Shown: one piece after another, positions 6,840-15,114 of the stretch | Numbering within the stretch: the stretch's first letter is position 1 | Layout: every line of letters begins with the position of its first letter | NCBI GenBank assembly: GCA_030167145.1 | Contig: CP126532.1 | Coordinates: 4,740,001 to 4,772,000, forward strand | Direction: 5' to 3' | Length of the DNA: 32,000 nucleotides | Source of the DNA: Ktedonobacterales bacterium | Lineage (GTDB): Bacteria > Chloroflexota > Ktedonobacteria > Ktedonobacterales > JADMIN01 | Made by a program: the position numbers and the translations under genes | The notes under the pieces: model-generated | Told to the model about the DNA's origin: nothing | Database searches by the model: none | The model's input: the letters and a program-made list of their open reading frames with translations, nothing else

Positions 6840-8609
6840 CTAGCTCATGCGGTCCAGGCGGGCCTTGAGGGCGGTGTGCTGCTGGGCGACGCCGTCAGGC
6901 AGGTGGTCGCCAAACTGCGCGAAGAACTTGCCCTGATCGGCCCACTCATGTTCCCAGTCGCCGCGCTCAATGTGCAGGAGCTGGCTAACCGTCTCAGGGG
7001 AGAGGTTAAGGCCGTCGAGGTTGAGCGCATCGGGGGTGGGGATATAGCCGATGGCGGACTCGGCGGCTCCTGCTGTGCCGTGGATGCGCCCGTGCATCCA
7101 TTGCAGCACGCGCACGTTGTCGCCGAAGCCGGGCCAGAGGAACTTGCCGTCGGCGTCTTTGCGGAACCAGTTGACGTGGAAGATGGCGGGTGGGTTGGTG
7201 AGACGCTTGCCCATGTCGAGCCAGTGCTGCCAGTAGTCGCCCATGTTGTAGCCGCAGAACGGCAGCATTGCCATGGGGTCGCGGCGGGTAACGCCAACCG
7301 CGCCACTGGCGGCGGCGGTGGTTTCGGAACCCATGCCCGCGCCGACGAAGACGCCATGCTGCCAGTCGAACGCCTGATAGACCAGCGGAGCGACACGGGC
7401 GCGACGGCCACCGAAGATGAAGGCAGAGATGGGCACGCCCACGGGGTCTTCCCAATGCGAGGAGATGGAGGGGCACTGGCTGGCGGGGGCGGTGAAGCGC
7501 GAGTTGGGGTGCGCGACGGGTTCTTTCGGTTCGCTCTCGAAAGGGACGCCGTGCCAGTTGATGGTGCCTGCCGGGGCGTTCTTCACCTCGGGGTCAATGC
7601 CTTCCCACCAAGGCAGGCCGTCGGGGGTCAGGCCAGTGTTGGTGAAGATAGAGTTCTTCGCGAGCGCGGCCATGGCGTTGGGATTGGTTTTGACGTTGGT
7701 GCCAGGGGCGACGCCGAAGAAGCCGTTTTCAGGGTTGACGGCCCATAGGCGTCCGTCGTCGCCGATGCGCATCCAGGCGATGTCGTCGCCAACGGTCCAG
7801 ACCTTCCAACCTTGTTCGGCGAGCGGCGAGACGAGCATGGCGAGGTTGGTCTTGCCGCAGGCGCTGGGGAAGGCGCCACCCATGTAGGTGACGTTGCCGG
7901 AGGGATCTTCGAGGCCCAGGATGAGCATATGTTCGGCCATCCAGCCTTCTTTACGGCCCATCCAACTGGCGAGGCGCAACGAGAGGCATTTCTTGCCAAG
8001 CAGCGCGTTGCCGCCATAGCCAGAGCCGATGCTCCAGATGAGATTTTCTTCGGGGAAGTGCAGGATGAAGCGATGTTCGGGGCTGAGATCGCCAGTGGAG
8101 TGGAGGCCAGGGACGAATTCCCCACCGTTCTTGGCGAGATGATCGAGGGCGATCTGGCCCATGCGCGTGGTGATGCGCAGGTTGGCGACGACGTAGGCGC
8201 TATCGGTGATTTCGACGCCGACTTTGGCATGTGGCGAGCCAGCGGGACCCATCAGGTAGGGCACGACGTACATTGTGCGGCCACGCATGCAGCCTTCGAA
8301 GAGCGGGCGCACTTTGGCTTTGGCTTCGCTGGGAGACATCCAGTAGTTGGTGGGTCCGGCGTCCTCTTTGCGCTCGGTGCAGATGAAGGTGAGGTGTTCG
8401 GTGCGGGCGACATCGGAGCGGCTGCTGCGGTGGAGATAGCTGTTGGGGTAGGCGCGCTCGTTGACGCGCTCGACAACGCCGGTGCGTAGCATCTCGGCGA
8501 CGAGTTCCGCATATTCTTGCTCAGAGCCGTTGATCCATACGATGCGGTCAGGGCGAGTGAGTCGCGCGCACTCTTCGACCCAGGCTTCGAGGGCCGGTGT
8601 ACCAGGCAT
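6840..8609 (-). CDS. pckG: Phosphoenolpyruvate carboxykinase (GTP)
   Basis: 590 aa from MPGTPALEAWVEECARLTRPDRIVW. Hallmark PEPCK-GTP segments are present: YLHRSSRSDVARTE, GSGYGGNALLGKKC, FPSACGKTN, WFRKD..GKFLWPGFGDN. GAGGAG lies upstream of ATG 8609. The longer track ORF (to 8969) is an N-terminal shadow. Confidence 0.92.
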   Translation of the reverse strand: MPGTPALEAWVEECARLTRPDRIVWINGSEQEYAELVAEMLRTGVVERVNERAYPNSYLHRSSRSDVARTEHLTFICTERKEDAGPTNYWMSPSEAKAKVRPLFEGCMRGRTMYVVPYLMGPAGSPHAKVGVEITDSAYVVANLRITTRMGQIALDHLAKNGGEFVPGLHSTGDLSPEHRFILHFPEENLIWSIGSGYGGNALLGKKCLSLRLASWMGRKEGWMAEHMLILGLEDPSGNVTYMGGAFPSACGKTNLAMLVSPLAEQGWKVWTVGDDIAWMRIGDDGRLWAVNPENGFFGVAPGTNVKTNPNAMAALAKNSIFTNTGLTPDGLPWWEGIDPEVKNAPAGTINWHGVPFESEPKEPVAHPNSRFTAPASQCPSISSHWEDPVGVPISAFIFGGRRARVAPLVYQAFDWQHGVFVGAGMGSETTAAASGAVGVTRRDPMAMLPFCGYNMGDYWQHWLDMGKRLTNPPAIFHVNWFRKDADGKFLWPGFGDNVRVLQWMHGRIHGTAGAAESAIGYIPTPDALNLDGLNLSPETVSQLLHIERGDWEHEWADQGKFFAQFGDHLPDGVAQQHTALKARLDRMS

Positions 8610-9087
8610 AGGGAAAATCTCCTCATCATTGATCGGGCGGCACGTCGCGCCGGTGCGGTGTGTCGCGTGGTGGCGGGGTGTGGCCATTATACAGGATTTC
8701 ATCATATCACGACGCTGAAACCCATTTGATACCATACCATCGCTGTTCGCAACGCCGCTAGGTTTGTTGTGGCCGTGGCCGATGTGCCTGCGCATACCAA
8801 TTGCCGATGCTGTCGATTTTGCGATTGACCGCGAAGGGCGAAGATGGTGGTGGGGCGAGTTCGTAGCATGACTGCCACGGGTAATCCTGGAGCAGCGATG
8901 CAGCGAACAGTGAGGCAATTGCCGATTCCGCCGATTTTCGCGCAATGAAAGATAGGAAGATCGGCCCACCAGCAGAGGCCAACAGGGCTGCTTGTAGGCG
9001 TAGTGTACGATATGGGTGGCGAGAATGGAAGAGCGGCACGTTCGCGGCCACGAAGGGCCGGTGCATATGCGCGAGGAGTATAGCGAG

Positions 9088-10509
9088 ATGAGCGACCACG
9101 CGGACGGGACGACAGCGGATTTTGCGTATACGCTGGAAGATGGCTATCGGCTGGAGCGGGTGCTGGGCGGGCTGACGTTTCCGACGAGCATGACGTTCGA
9201 TGAGCAGGGGCGGGTGTATGTGGTGGATGGCGGGTTCGCCTACGGGCCGACGATTACACCCGCGCGGATTCTGCGGTTGCCAGCGGACTGGCAGCCAGGG
9301 GAGAACGGCGCGGCTGACGCGATGGATGTGGCGGAGGTGGTCTGCGGCGAGGGATTGCTGGGTCCGGTGACGGGCGTGGCGTTTTATGAGGGGCGGCTGT
9401 ATGTGGCGCATCGCGGGCGGGTCTCGGTGGTGGGCGCGGGCGGGGAGTTGCGCGATGTGCTGACGGGGCTGCCAAGCCAGGGTGACTATCAGAACAATAA
9501 GCTGGCGTTTGGTCCCGATGGCAAGCTGTATTTCGGGCAGGGGACGGCGACGAACTCCGGCGTGGTGGGATGGGATAATCATCGCTATGGTTGGCTGCGG
9601 CGCAATCCGGGGTTCTGTGATATTCCGGCGCAGGATGTGACGCTGGTGGGGCAGAACTTCACGACGCCGAATCCGCTGAGCGAGACGGGCGAGCTGGTGA
9701 CGACGGGCGCGTATTCGCCGTTCGGCACGCCCACGGTGGCGGGGCAGGTGGTGCGCGGGGCGCTGCCCTGCACGGGCGCGGTGATGCGTTGCGAGCCGGA
9801 TGGCTCGAACCTGGAGTTGGTGGCGTGGGGGCTGCGGAATCCGTTCGGGATCTGCTTCGATGCGGCGGGGCGGCTGCTGGTGACGGAGGACGGACCAGAG
9901 GTGCGCGGCAGCCGTCCCATCGGCAATGGCGCGCCGGATAATCTGTATGAGGTGCGCGTGGGCGATTATTTCGGCTGGCCAGACTATTACGGCGGGATGC
10001 CGGTGAGCGACCCATCGCTGGACCCGACAACTGAGGCGAAGGGCGAGGGGCTAGGTGATCCGGGGCTGCTGATCGCCAAGCCAGAGCCACTGCTACGCGA
10101 TGCGCCACCGATCACGCGGCAGCCGCTGGCGCGCTTCACGCCACACTCGACGCCAGGTGGGTTCGATCTCGCGCGGAGCGAGCGCTTCGGCTATACTGGT
10201 GATGCGTTCGTGTCGCTCTTCGGCGACATCAGCCCGTTCGCCAGCGGCGGGGTGCAGTTACGCGCGGGGCATGGCGTGGTGCGGGTGGATCTGGCCAGCG
10301 GCAAAATTCATCCGTTCTTGCTGGCGGCGCCGTTGGAAGTGGAGGGCGATGACCCGCACGGGCTGGATGCGTTCCGTCCGGTGGATGCGCGTTTCGATCC
10401 GAGCGGCGAAGCGCTCTACGTGGTAGATTTTGGCACAGTGGAGTTGACGATGCGCGATTCACGGGTACACCCTGGCAGTGGTGGCCTGTGGCGCATCAGA
10501 CGGGCGTAA
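9088..10509 (+). CDS. Beta-propeller protein, PQQ-dependent sugar (glucose/sorbosone) dehydrogenase-like
   Basis: GAGGAG lies 9 nt upstream of ATG 9088. Repeated blade-like segments are present, including GLRNPFGICFDAAGRLLVTEDGPE and LYFGQGTATNSG, characteristic of the soluble sugar dehydrogenase / SGL propeller family. Confidence 0.7.
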   Translation: MSDHADGTTADFAYTLEDGYRLERVLGGLTFPTSMTFDEQGRVYVVDGGFAYGPTITPARILRLPADWQPGENGAADAMDVAEVVCGEGLLGPVTGVAFYEGRLYVAHRGRVSVVGAGGELRDVLTGLPSQGDYQNNKLAFGPDGKLYFGQGTATNSGVVGWDNHRYGWLRRNPGFCDIPAQDVTLVGQNFTTPNPLSETGELVTTGAYSPFGTPTVAGQVVRGALPCTGAVMRCEPDGSNLELVAWGLRNPFGICFDAAGRLLVTEDGPEVRGSRPIGNGAPDNLYEVRVGDYFGWPDYYGGMPVSDPSLDPTTEAKGEGLGDPGLLIAKPEPLLRDAPPITRQPLARFTPHSTPGGFDLARSERFGYTGDAFVSLFGDISPFASGGVQLRAGHGVVRVDLASGKIHPFLLAAPLEVEGDDPHGLDAFRPVDARFDPSGEALYVVDFGTVELTMRDSRVHPGSGGLWRIRRA

Positions 10510-10570
10510 TCCTCGGTCATTGGAGATTGGTAGCGCGAAGAGACGAGACAGCAGGCGGGAGAAGAAGACG

Positions 10571-11140
10571 ATGGCGGACGAGACGAGCGGGCGCAAGTCG
10601 GTGCGTGAATTGGTGGAGGCGATGCGATCGGGCAAGCTGACGCGGCGCGAGCTGATGGTGGGGCTGTCGGCGTTGGGGCTGACGGCGGCGGGGACGGCGG
10701 CCATTGTGGCAGTGGCGACGCGACCGAGCACCCTTGCGCCAGAGCATCATTTGCAGTTGCACGACCAGCACATCACCAAGCAGATGAAGGGCGATGTGCC
10801 GCACATGATGGGCGATTACGCCGAAAATGCGGTGGTGGACGACCCGCTATTCGCGCAGCCGTTTGTGGGGCGCGAGGCGATTGCGGCGCGCTACGCGGCT
10901 GAGGTGGCGAGTGTGCCGGACCGCTCGCTGCGGATTGTCAACAGGACGGTATCGGGTGACCAGTTGATCGTGGAGTGGGAGGCGACGGGCACCCACCAGA
11001 CGCCGTTCCTTGGCATCGGCGGCAATGGGCAGGCCTATCGCTTGACGGGGGTGACGGTGGTCACGCGGCGCGATGGGCTGATCGTGCGCGAGTCGCATTA
11101 CTTCGATACGGCGCATTTGCGCGGGCAAATTGAGGGATGA
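10571..11140 (+). CDS. SnoaL-like / NTF2-fold ester-cyclase family protein with twin-arginine signal
   Basis: Tat-like motif LTRRELMVGLSALGLTAAGTAAIVA, followed by a SnoaL-like core (FVGREAIAARYAAEV..VEWEATGTHQTPFLGI..G..YRLTGVTVVTRRDGLIVRESHYFD). Confidence 0.7.
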   Translation: MADETSGRKSVRELVEAMRSGKLTRRELMVGLSALGLTAAGTAAIVAVATRPSTLAPEHHLQLHDQHITKQMKGDVPHMMGDYAENAVVDDPLFAQPFVGREAIAARYAAEVASVPDRSLRIVNRTVSGDQLIVEWEATGTHQTPFLGIGGNGQAYRLTGVTVVTRRDGLIVRESHYFDTAHLRGQIEG

Positions 11141-11153
11141 GGAGCGAATAGGC

Positions 11154-11669
11154 ATGCTCGGCAAGGTGAGGCAGTTGTGGAAGAAACTCTTGATTCGTCG
11201 CTTGCGTCGCGCGGGCATGCGTATCTCGCCTGACTGCCGCATCATTGGCCGGCGGACGGTATGGGGCAGTGAACCGTATCTGATCGAGATTGGCAAGCAC
11301 GTCACCATCTCCAATGATTGCATCTTCGTGACGCATGACGGCGGGACGTGGGTGTTTCGTGATCGGCCAGAGTTTCGGGGGGTGGCGCGATTCGGCACGA
11401 TCCGCATCCTCGACAACTGCTTCATCGGCGCGCGCACAATCATACTGCCGGGCGTCACGATTGGACCCAACGCGGTGGTCGGCGCTGGCTCGGTGGTGCG
11501 GAAGGATGTGCCGCCAGGGGAGGTGCATGCGGGGAATCCGGCGCGTTTCATCACGACGGTGGAAGATTATGCGGAGCGCAGCCGCGAGCGGTCGCCTCAC
11601 CTAGACTGGCACGGCAGCGAGAAGCGCAAGCGCGCGATGCTCGAAGCAACGTTTTGGGGCAAGGGTTAG
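11154..11669 (+). CDS. Hexapeptide-repeat (left-handed beta-helix) acetyltransferase
   Basis: GAGGAG lies 9 nt upstream of ATG 11154. Hexapeptide tracts ILDNCFIGARTIILPGVTIGPNAVVGAGSVVRKDVPPGEVHAGNPAR are typical of the WbbJ / maltose O-acetyltransferase family. Confidence 0.8.
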   Translation: MLGKVRQLWKKLLIRRLRRAGMRISPDCRIIGRRTVWGSEPYLIEIGKHVTISNDCIFVTHDGGTWVFRDRPEFRGVARFGTIRILDNCFIGARTIILPGVTIGPNAVVGAGSVVRKDVPPGEVHAGNPARFITTVEDYAERSRERSPHLDWHGSEKRKRAMLEATFWGKG

Positions 11670-11704
11670 CGGGCGGTTGAAACCGCGCCTGCATAGCCTC
11701 CGGA

Positions 11705-11727
11705 CGCAAAACCCGCCTGCGCGGGTT
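11705..11727 (-). terminator. Possible terminator of the mutY-like gene
   Basis: Minus-strand hairpin AACCCGC-GCAG-GCGGGTT followed by TTG (the TTTT run is partly within the stem). It lies 17 nt after the stop. Confidence 0.35.
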
Positions 11728-11743
11728 GGAAAGAGAGCGAGCA

Positions 11744-12868
11744 TCAGGGTAGGGCGACGCGCTCGGTTCCATCAGAGTCGGCGGTGATGCGGGCGAGGCC
11801 GTCGCGGGCCAGGCCGGTGAGCAGGGCGCGCAGCCATGGCAGGTCGTCAGGAGTGAAGTTGTCTTTGACGCGGGGGCCAAGGTCGGAGAGAGAAAGCGTC
11901 TCGCCAGGAGGGAGCGCGCGCAGTGCCTCGACGGCGCGGCCACGGAAGTAGCGCGAGGTGGTGGTGAAGGGCTGAGATGGCTTGGGGCGCGTAGTGCGGC
12001 GGGTGGGAGATGGCGGTGGCTCGCCGAGAGTGTAGGGCGCGCGGGTTTCTGCGATCATGCGTAAGTCATCGGCGGTATCTGTGTTTGTGGGCGTAGCGGG
12101 TGCTTTGGAATCGGCTGCGCGTCCGTCGCGGAGGCGGGCGAGAGCCTCGCCGGAGGGGAAGAGGGTGACACGGGCGGTTTCGGCGTAGGCGGCGCAGCAT
12201 GCGGTGAGCGGGCAATGCTCGCACACTGGGCGGCGGCTCTGGCAGAGCGTCGCGCCGAGGTCCATGAGCGCTTGCTGCCAGTCGTAGGCGGCGTGGATGG
12301 GGAGCGCCCATTCAGCGAGGGCGAGCAGGTCACGGGCGGCGCGGTCGCCTGAGGGCCATGCGGGAGGCTCGATGCCGCGAAAGACGCGCCAGAGGACGCG
12401 GCGGATATTGGTATCTACAGTGGCGACGGGTAGGCCGAAGGCGAAACAAGCGATAGCGCCAGCGGTGTAGCGTCCGATACCTTTGAGGCGCAGCAGACCG
12501 TCGAGGGTATCGGGAAGCGCACCGCCATACTCGTCCATCGCCTGCTGGGCAATCTGGTGCAGGCGGACGGCGCGCATGTTGTAGCCCAGGCCGGACCAGA
12601 CTTTGATGACGTCGGCGATGGGCGCGGCGGCAAGGTCGGCAAGGGTGGGAAAGCGGGCGAGGAATTCGCGGTACTTGGGGAGGACGCGCTCCACCTGGGT
12701 CTGCTGGAGCATGACTTCGGAGACGAGGATGGCGTAGGGGTCGCGGGTGTCGCGCCAGGGCAGGTGCGCGCGGCCATCCGCCGCGTACCACGCGAGCAGG
12801 CGCGTGTGTATTTCGGTGCGTTGCGCTTCGGCGGCAGGGTCGTGTTGTGTTGCCGTGGTATCGGGCAT
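11744..12868 (-). CDS. mutY: A/G-specific adenine DNA glycosylase (MutY-like; HhH-GPD plus 4Fe-4S) with atypical C-terminal region
   Basis: LPWRDTRDPYAILVSEVMLQQTQVERV, LKGIGRYTAGAIACFAFG, VDTNIRRV, and Cys cluster CQSRRPVCEHCPLTACC. No GLWEFP-type Nudix-like C-domain motif was seen. Confidence 0.8.
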   Translation of the reverse strand: MPDTTATQHDPAAEAQRTEIHTRLLAWYAADGRAHLPWRDTRDPYAILVSEVMLQQTQVERVLPKYREFLARFPTLADLAAAPIADVIKVWSGLGYNMRAVRLHQIAQQAMDEYGGALPDTLDGLLRLKGIGRYTAGAIACFAFGLPVATVDTNIRRVLWRVFRGIEPPAWPSGDRAARDLLALAEWALPIHAAYDWQQALMDLGATLCQSRRPVCEHCPLTACCAAYAETARVTLFPSGEALARLRDGRAADSKAPATPTNTDTADDLRMIAETRAPYTLGEPPPSPTRRTTRPKPSQPFTTTSRYFRGRAVEALRALPPGETLSLSDLGPRVKDNFTPDDLPWLRALLTGLARDGLARITADSDGTERVALP

Positions 12869-12918
12869 AGGAGCGATTTTCCTTTGCCAAAATTGGGGCC
12901 ATCGCGTGTCAGAAGACG

Positions 12919-13326
12919 TTACGCGGGCAGGCTGGCAACCACTTCGACTTCGAGCAAGAAGTCTTCCTGGGCCAGGCTGCGCACTTCGACGAGGGTGCTG
13001 GCGGGAGGAGTCTCGGTATTCACGTAGGAATCGCGCACCTCGCGCAGCACTGGTAATTGCGTGCGGTCAACCACGTACATGTTCAGCTTCACTACGTGGT
13101 TGAAGTCGGCCCCAACGGCGGCGAGGGCGGTTTTGATGTTCGCGAAGACCTGCTGCGCCTGTGCGCGGAAATCGCCTTTGCCGACGAGGTTTCTAGATGC
13201 ATCAAAGGCGACCTGACCGGCAAGAAAGATCAACCGCCCTCCGGTGACGGTCACGATTTGCGAGTATCCCGGTGTGGGAGCCAGAGTCGAAGGAGAGAGA
13301 AATTGGATGTGATCAGGATGCGTCAT
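12919..13326 (-). CDS. ridA: RidA/YjgF-family reactive-intermediate deaminase
   Basis: 135 aa from MTHPDHIQ. The segment GYSQIVTVTGGRLIFLAGQVAFD..NIKTALAAVGADFNHVVKLNMYV..PASTLVEVRSLAQEDFLLEVEVVA matches the YjgF/RidA fold signature. Confidence 0.85.
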   Translation of the reverse strand: MTHPDHIQFLSPSTLAPTPGYSQIVTVTGGRLIFLAGQVAFDASRNLVGKGDFRAQAQQVFANIKTALAAVGADFNHVVKLNMYVVDRTQLPVLREVRDSYVNTETPPASTLVEVRSLAQEDFLLEVEVVASLPA

Positions 13327-13421
13327 GGTTGGTGGCCTTTCTTCTGGTTGAAATGGCTCGTGAAGAACGATGCAGTATACTATAGAACACCTATTCTTTG
13401 GGATGAAAGGCAAGGTGACGC

Positions 13422-13757
13422 ATGGAGAAGTTTACGCTGGCTGATTTGATCGCGAAACGCGAGGGGTCGGGGAAGCTGTATCATGAATTCTTGCGGGTGG
13501 CGGATATGAGCGCGGGGGTGTATCAGTTGGCGGCGGGGGAAACCGATCCGCAGGAGCCGCATACCGAGGACGAGTTGTATTACGTCGCGGCGGGGCGGGC
13601 GCGGATACAGGTGAAGGATGAGGATGCGCCGGTCGAGGCGGGGGCGCTGGTGTTTGTGGCGGCGAATGTGCCGCATCGGTTCCATACGATTACGGAAGAC
13701 CTGACGGTGCTGGTGTTCTTCGCGCCAGCGGAATATTCAAGGGAATCGCGGCCATGA
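13422..13757 (+). CDS. Cupin-domain protein
   Basis: 111 aa. Cupin motifs HTEDELYYVAAGRARIQV and GALVFVAANVPHRFH. Confidence 0.8.
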   Translation: MEKFTLADLIAKREGSGKLYHEFLRVADMSAGVYQLAAGETDPQEPHTEDELYYVAAGRARIQVKDEDAPVEAGALVFVAANVPHRFHTITEDLTVLVFFAPAEYSRESRP

Positions 13758-13833
13758 ATGGTCAGCGGGCGCACACCTATTGCGGCCATCAATGGCCGAC
13801 GCAGAGCCGATGGGGCAGGGTGGGCGGGCTGGT

Positions 13834-14736
13834 CTAATAGAAGGCGACGGCGGCGATCCAGCCGCCAGCGAGGAGGAGGACGCCTACGCCCTGAATGAGG
13901 AAGGTGCGACGGAGGGTGGCGGGCTGGGGGTTGGCGCGATAGAGAAGCATGGCGGCGAGGACGGAGAGCAGCGCGCCCGCTGCGGCGACGAGCATGCCAG
14001 GCAGGCGCGCGGGGACGATGCCGGTGAGGGCGAGGGTGAGCATGCCGGCGAAAACGAGCGGCGGCGTACCCCAGGCGACGGCGAGGCCGCGACGGAGGCC
14101 GAGCAGATGCGGCAGGCCGCGTACACCAGCGGCACGGTCGGCTTCGAGGTCGGGGAGGGAGTTGGCGACGTTCATGGCGACGCCAAGGAGCGCGCCGAAG
14201 GGGAGCAGCCACGGCAGGAACGGTTGCCAGCGCCCGAAGACGGTCCAGGCGAGCAGCGGGAAGAGCGGGAAGTAGGCGGCGAAGAGCAGTGCGCTGATGG
14301 GAGACCCCTTGAACCAGAGATCGTAGGCGAGGCCGAGACCTTCGATAAGCAGGCAGAGGACGAACGCGAGAGGGCCGAGGGGGATACTGGAAAGGAGCAT
14401 GACGACGCTAGCTGCGAGGCAGAGGGCGAGCGCATGCCAGGGGGCGATGAGGCCGAGGGGGATAGGCTTATCTGGGCGGCCAGCGTCGAGTTCGCGGTCG
14501 CGGTAGTCGTTGAGGGAGCCGATGGCGATCTGTGCCGCGCCGACGGCAATGAGTACGCGGACGAGCGCGGCGGGGTCGAGCGGACGATGGGCGGCGGATG
14601 CGGCGACAAAGGCGAGGAAGGCGGTCATGACGACGTACATGGCGCTGGGCACTGGATGGGTGGCGAGCAGCAGGCCAAGCAGGCGATTGGGCAGGCCAGG
14701 GCGCAGGGTTTTCACGGGTGCGGTGCGCTTGGTCAT
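13834..14736 (-). CDS. UbiA-family prenyltransferase (polytopic membrane protein)
   Basis: AGGAGA lies 9 nt upstream of ATG 14736. Aspartate-rich motif NDYRDRELD, a second motif SLPDLEADRAAG, and about 8 hydrophobic helices. The track ORF start at 14943 is an upstream extension. Confidence 0.8.
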   Translation of the reverse strand: MTKRTAPVKTLRPGLPNRLLGLLLATHPVPSAMYVVMTAFLAFVAASAAHRPLDPAALVRVLIAVGAAQIAIGSLNDYRDRELDAGRPDKPIPLGLIAPWHALALCLAASVVMLLSSIPLGPLAFVLCLLIEGLGLAYDLWFKGSPISALLFAAYFPLFPLLAWTVFGRWQPFLPWLLPFGALLGVAMNVANSLPDLEADRAAGVRGLPHLLGLRRGLAVAWGTPPLVFAGMLTLALTGIVPARLPGMLVAAAGALLSVLAAMLLYRANPQPATLRRTFLIQGVGVLLLAGGWIAAVAFY

Positions 14737-15057
14737 GGGGGTGGTCTCCTGGCGCTTGTCGAAGCTCATCGAGGGTATGGTGGCTGCTCGTCCAGAGAAG
14801 ACTGTATCACGTGGGGAAGAGTGATGGAAATCGCGCGATTCGCCTTGCTGCTCTGGCGCGCCGTGTGATACACTGCTCGCCGCCGCAGTAAAATAACGAT
14901 CAAGTGGCGACTCTGGAGAGGATGGGTAGACCCATGCAGGCACAACGATATCAGATCAACAAACGTGTGGCCGGTCAGAATGACCGGCACGGTATCCGTG
15001 CCTGCCTCCGGAGATGTCTACTGCGAGCGTAGATGCTCGCTTCCCTGGTAGCGACAG

Positions 15058-15094
15058 GCGCGGATGCCGGAGATGGCGTCCGCGCTTTCTTTTT
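15058..15094 (+). terminator. Intrinsic-terminator-like hairpin 20 nt upstream of the rtcB start (attenuator or sRNA 3' end)
   Basis: GCGCGGATGCC (15058-15068) pairs with GGCGTCCGCGC (15075-15085), 11 bp including one G-U, loop GGAGAT, followed by TTTCTTTTT (15086-15094). No plus-strand CDS lies upstream of it. Confidence 0.55.
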
Positions 15095-15114
15095 GTCCAT
15101 AGTGAGGGAAATGC

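Noticed and set aside
6525-8489. Plus-strand ORFs 6525-7748 (407 aa) and 7812-8489 (225 aa)
   Set aside because: Both lie antisense to pckG. Their G/A/V/E/D-rich translations carry no recognisable domain.
8758-9582. 274-aa minus-strand ORF spanning the pckG/propeller intergenic region
   Set aside because: The translation is an R/H/P/Q-rich nonsense-like sequence. It overlaps the 5' end of the beta-propeller gene in antisense and has no RBS.
13780-14868. 362-aa plus-strand ORF (E/G/R/A-rich)
   Set aside because: It is exactly antisense to the well-supported UbiA prenyltransferase gene. The composition is low-complexity and typical of a high-GC shadow frame, and there is no RBS or motif.
14938-15002. 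GGCAC-containing strings (AGGCACAACGATATCA; CGGCACGGTATCCGTGCC) as a sigma54 promoter for rtcB
   Set aside because: The -12 TTGC element is missing or mis-spaced in both strings. The second string is better explained as a hairpin.
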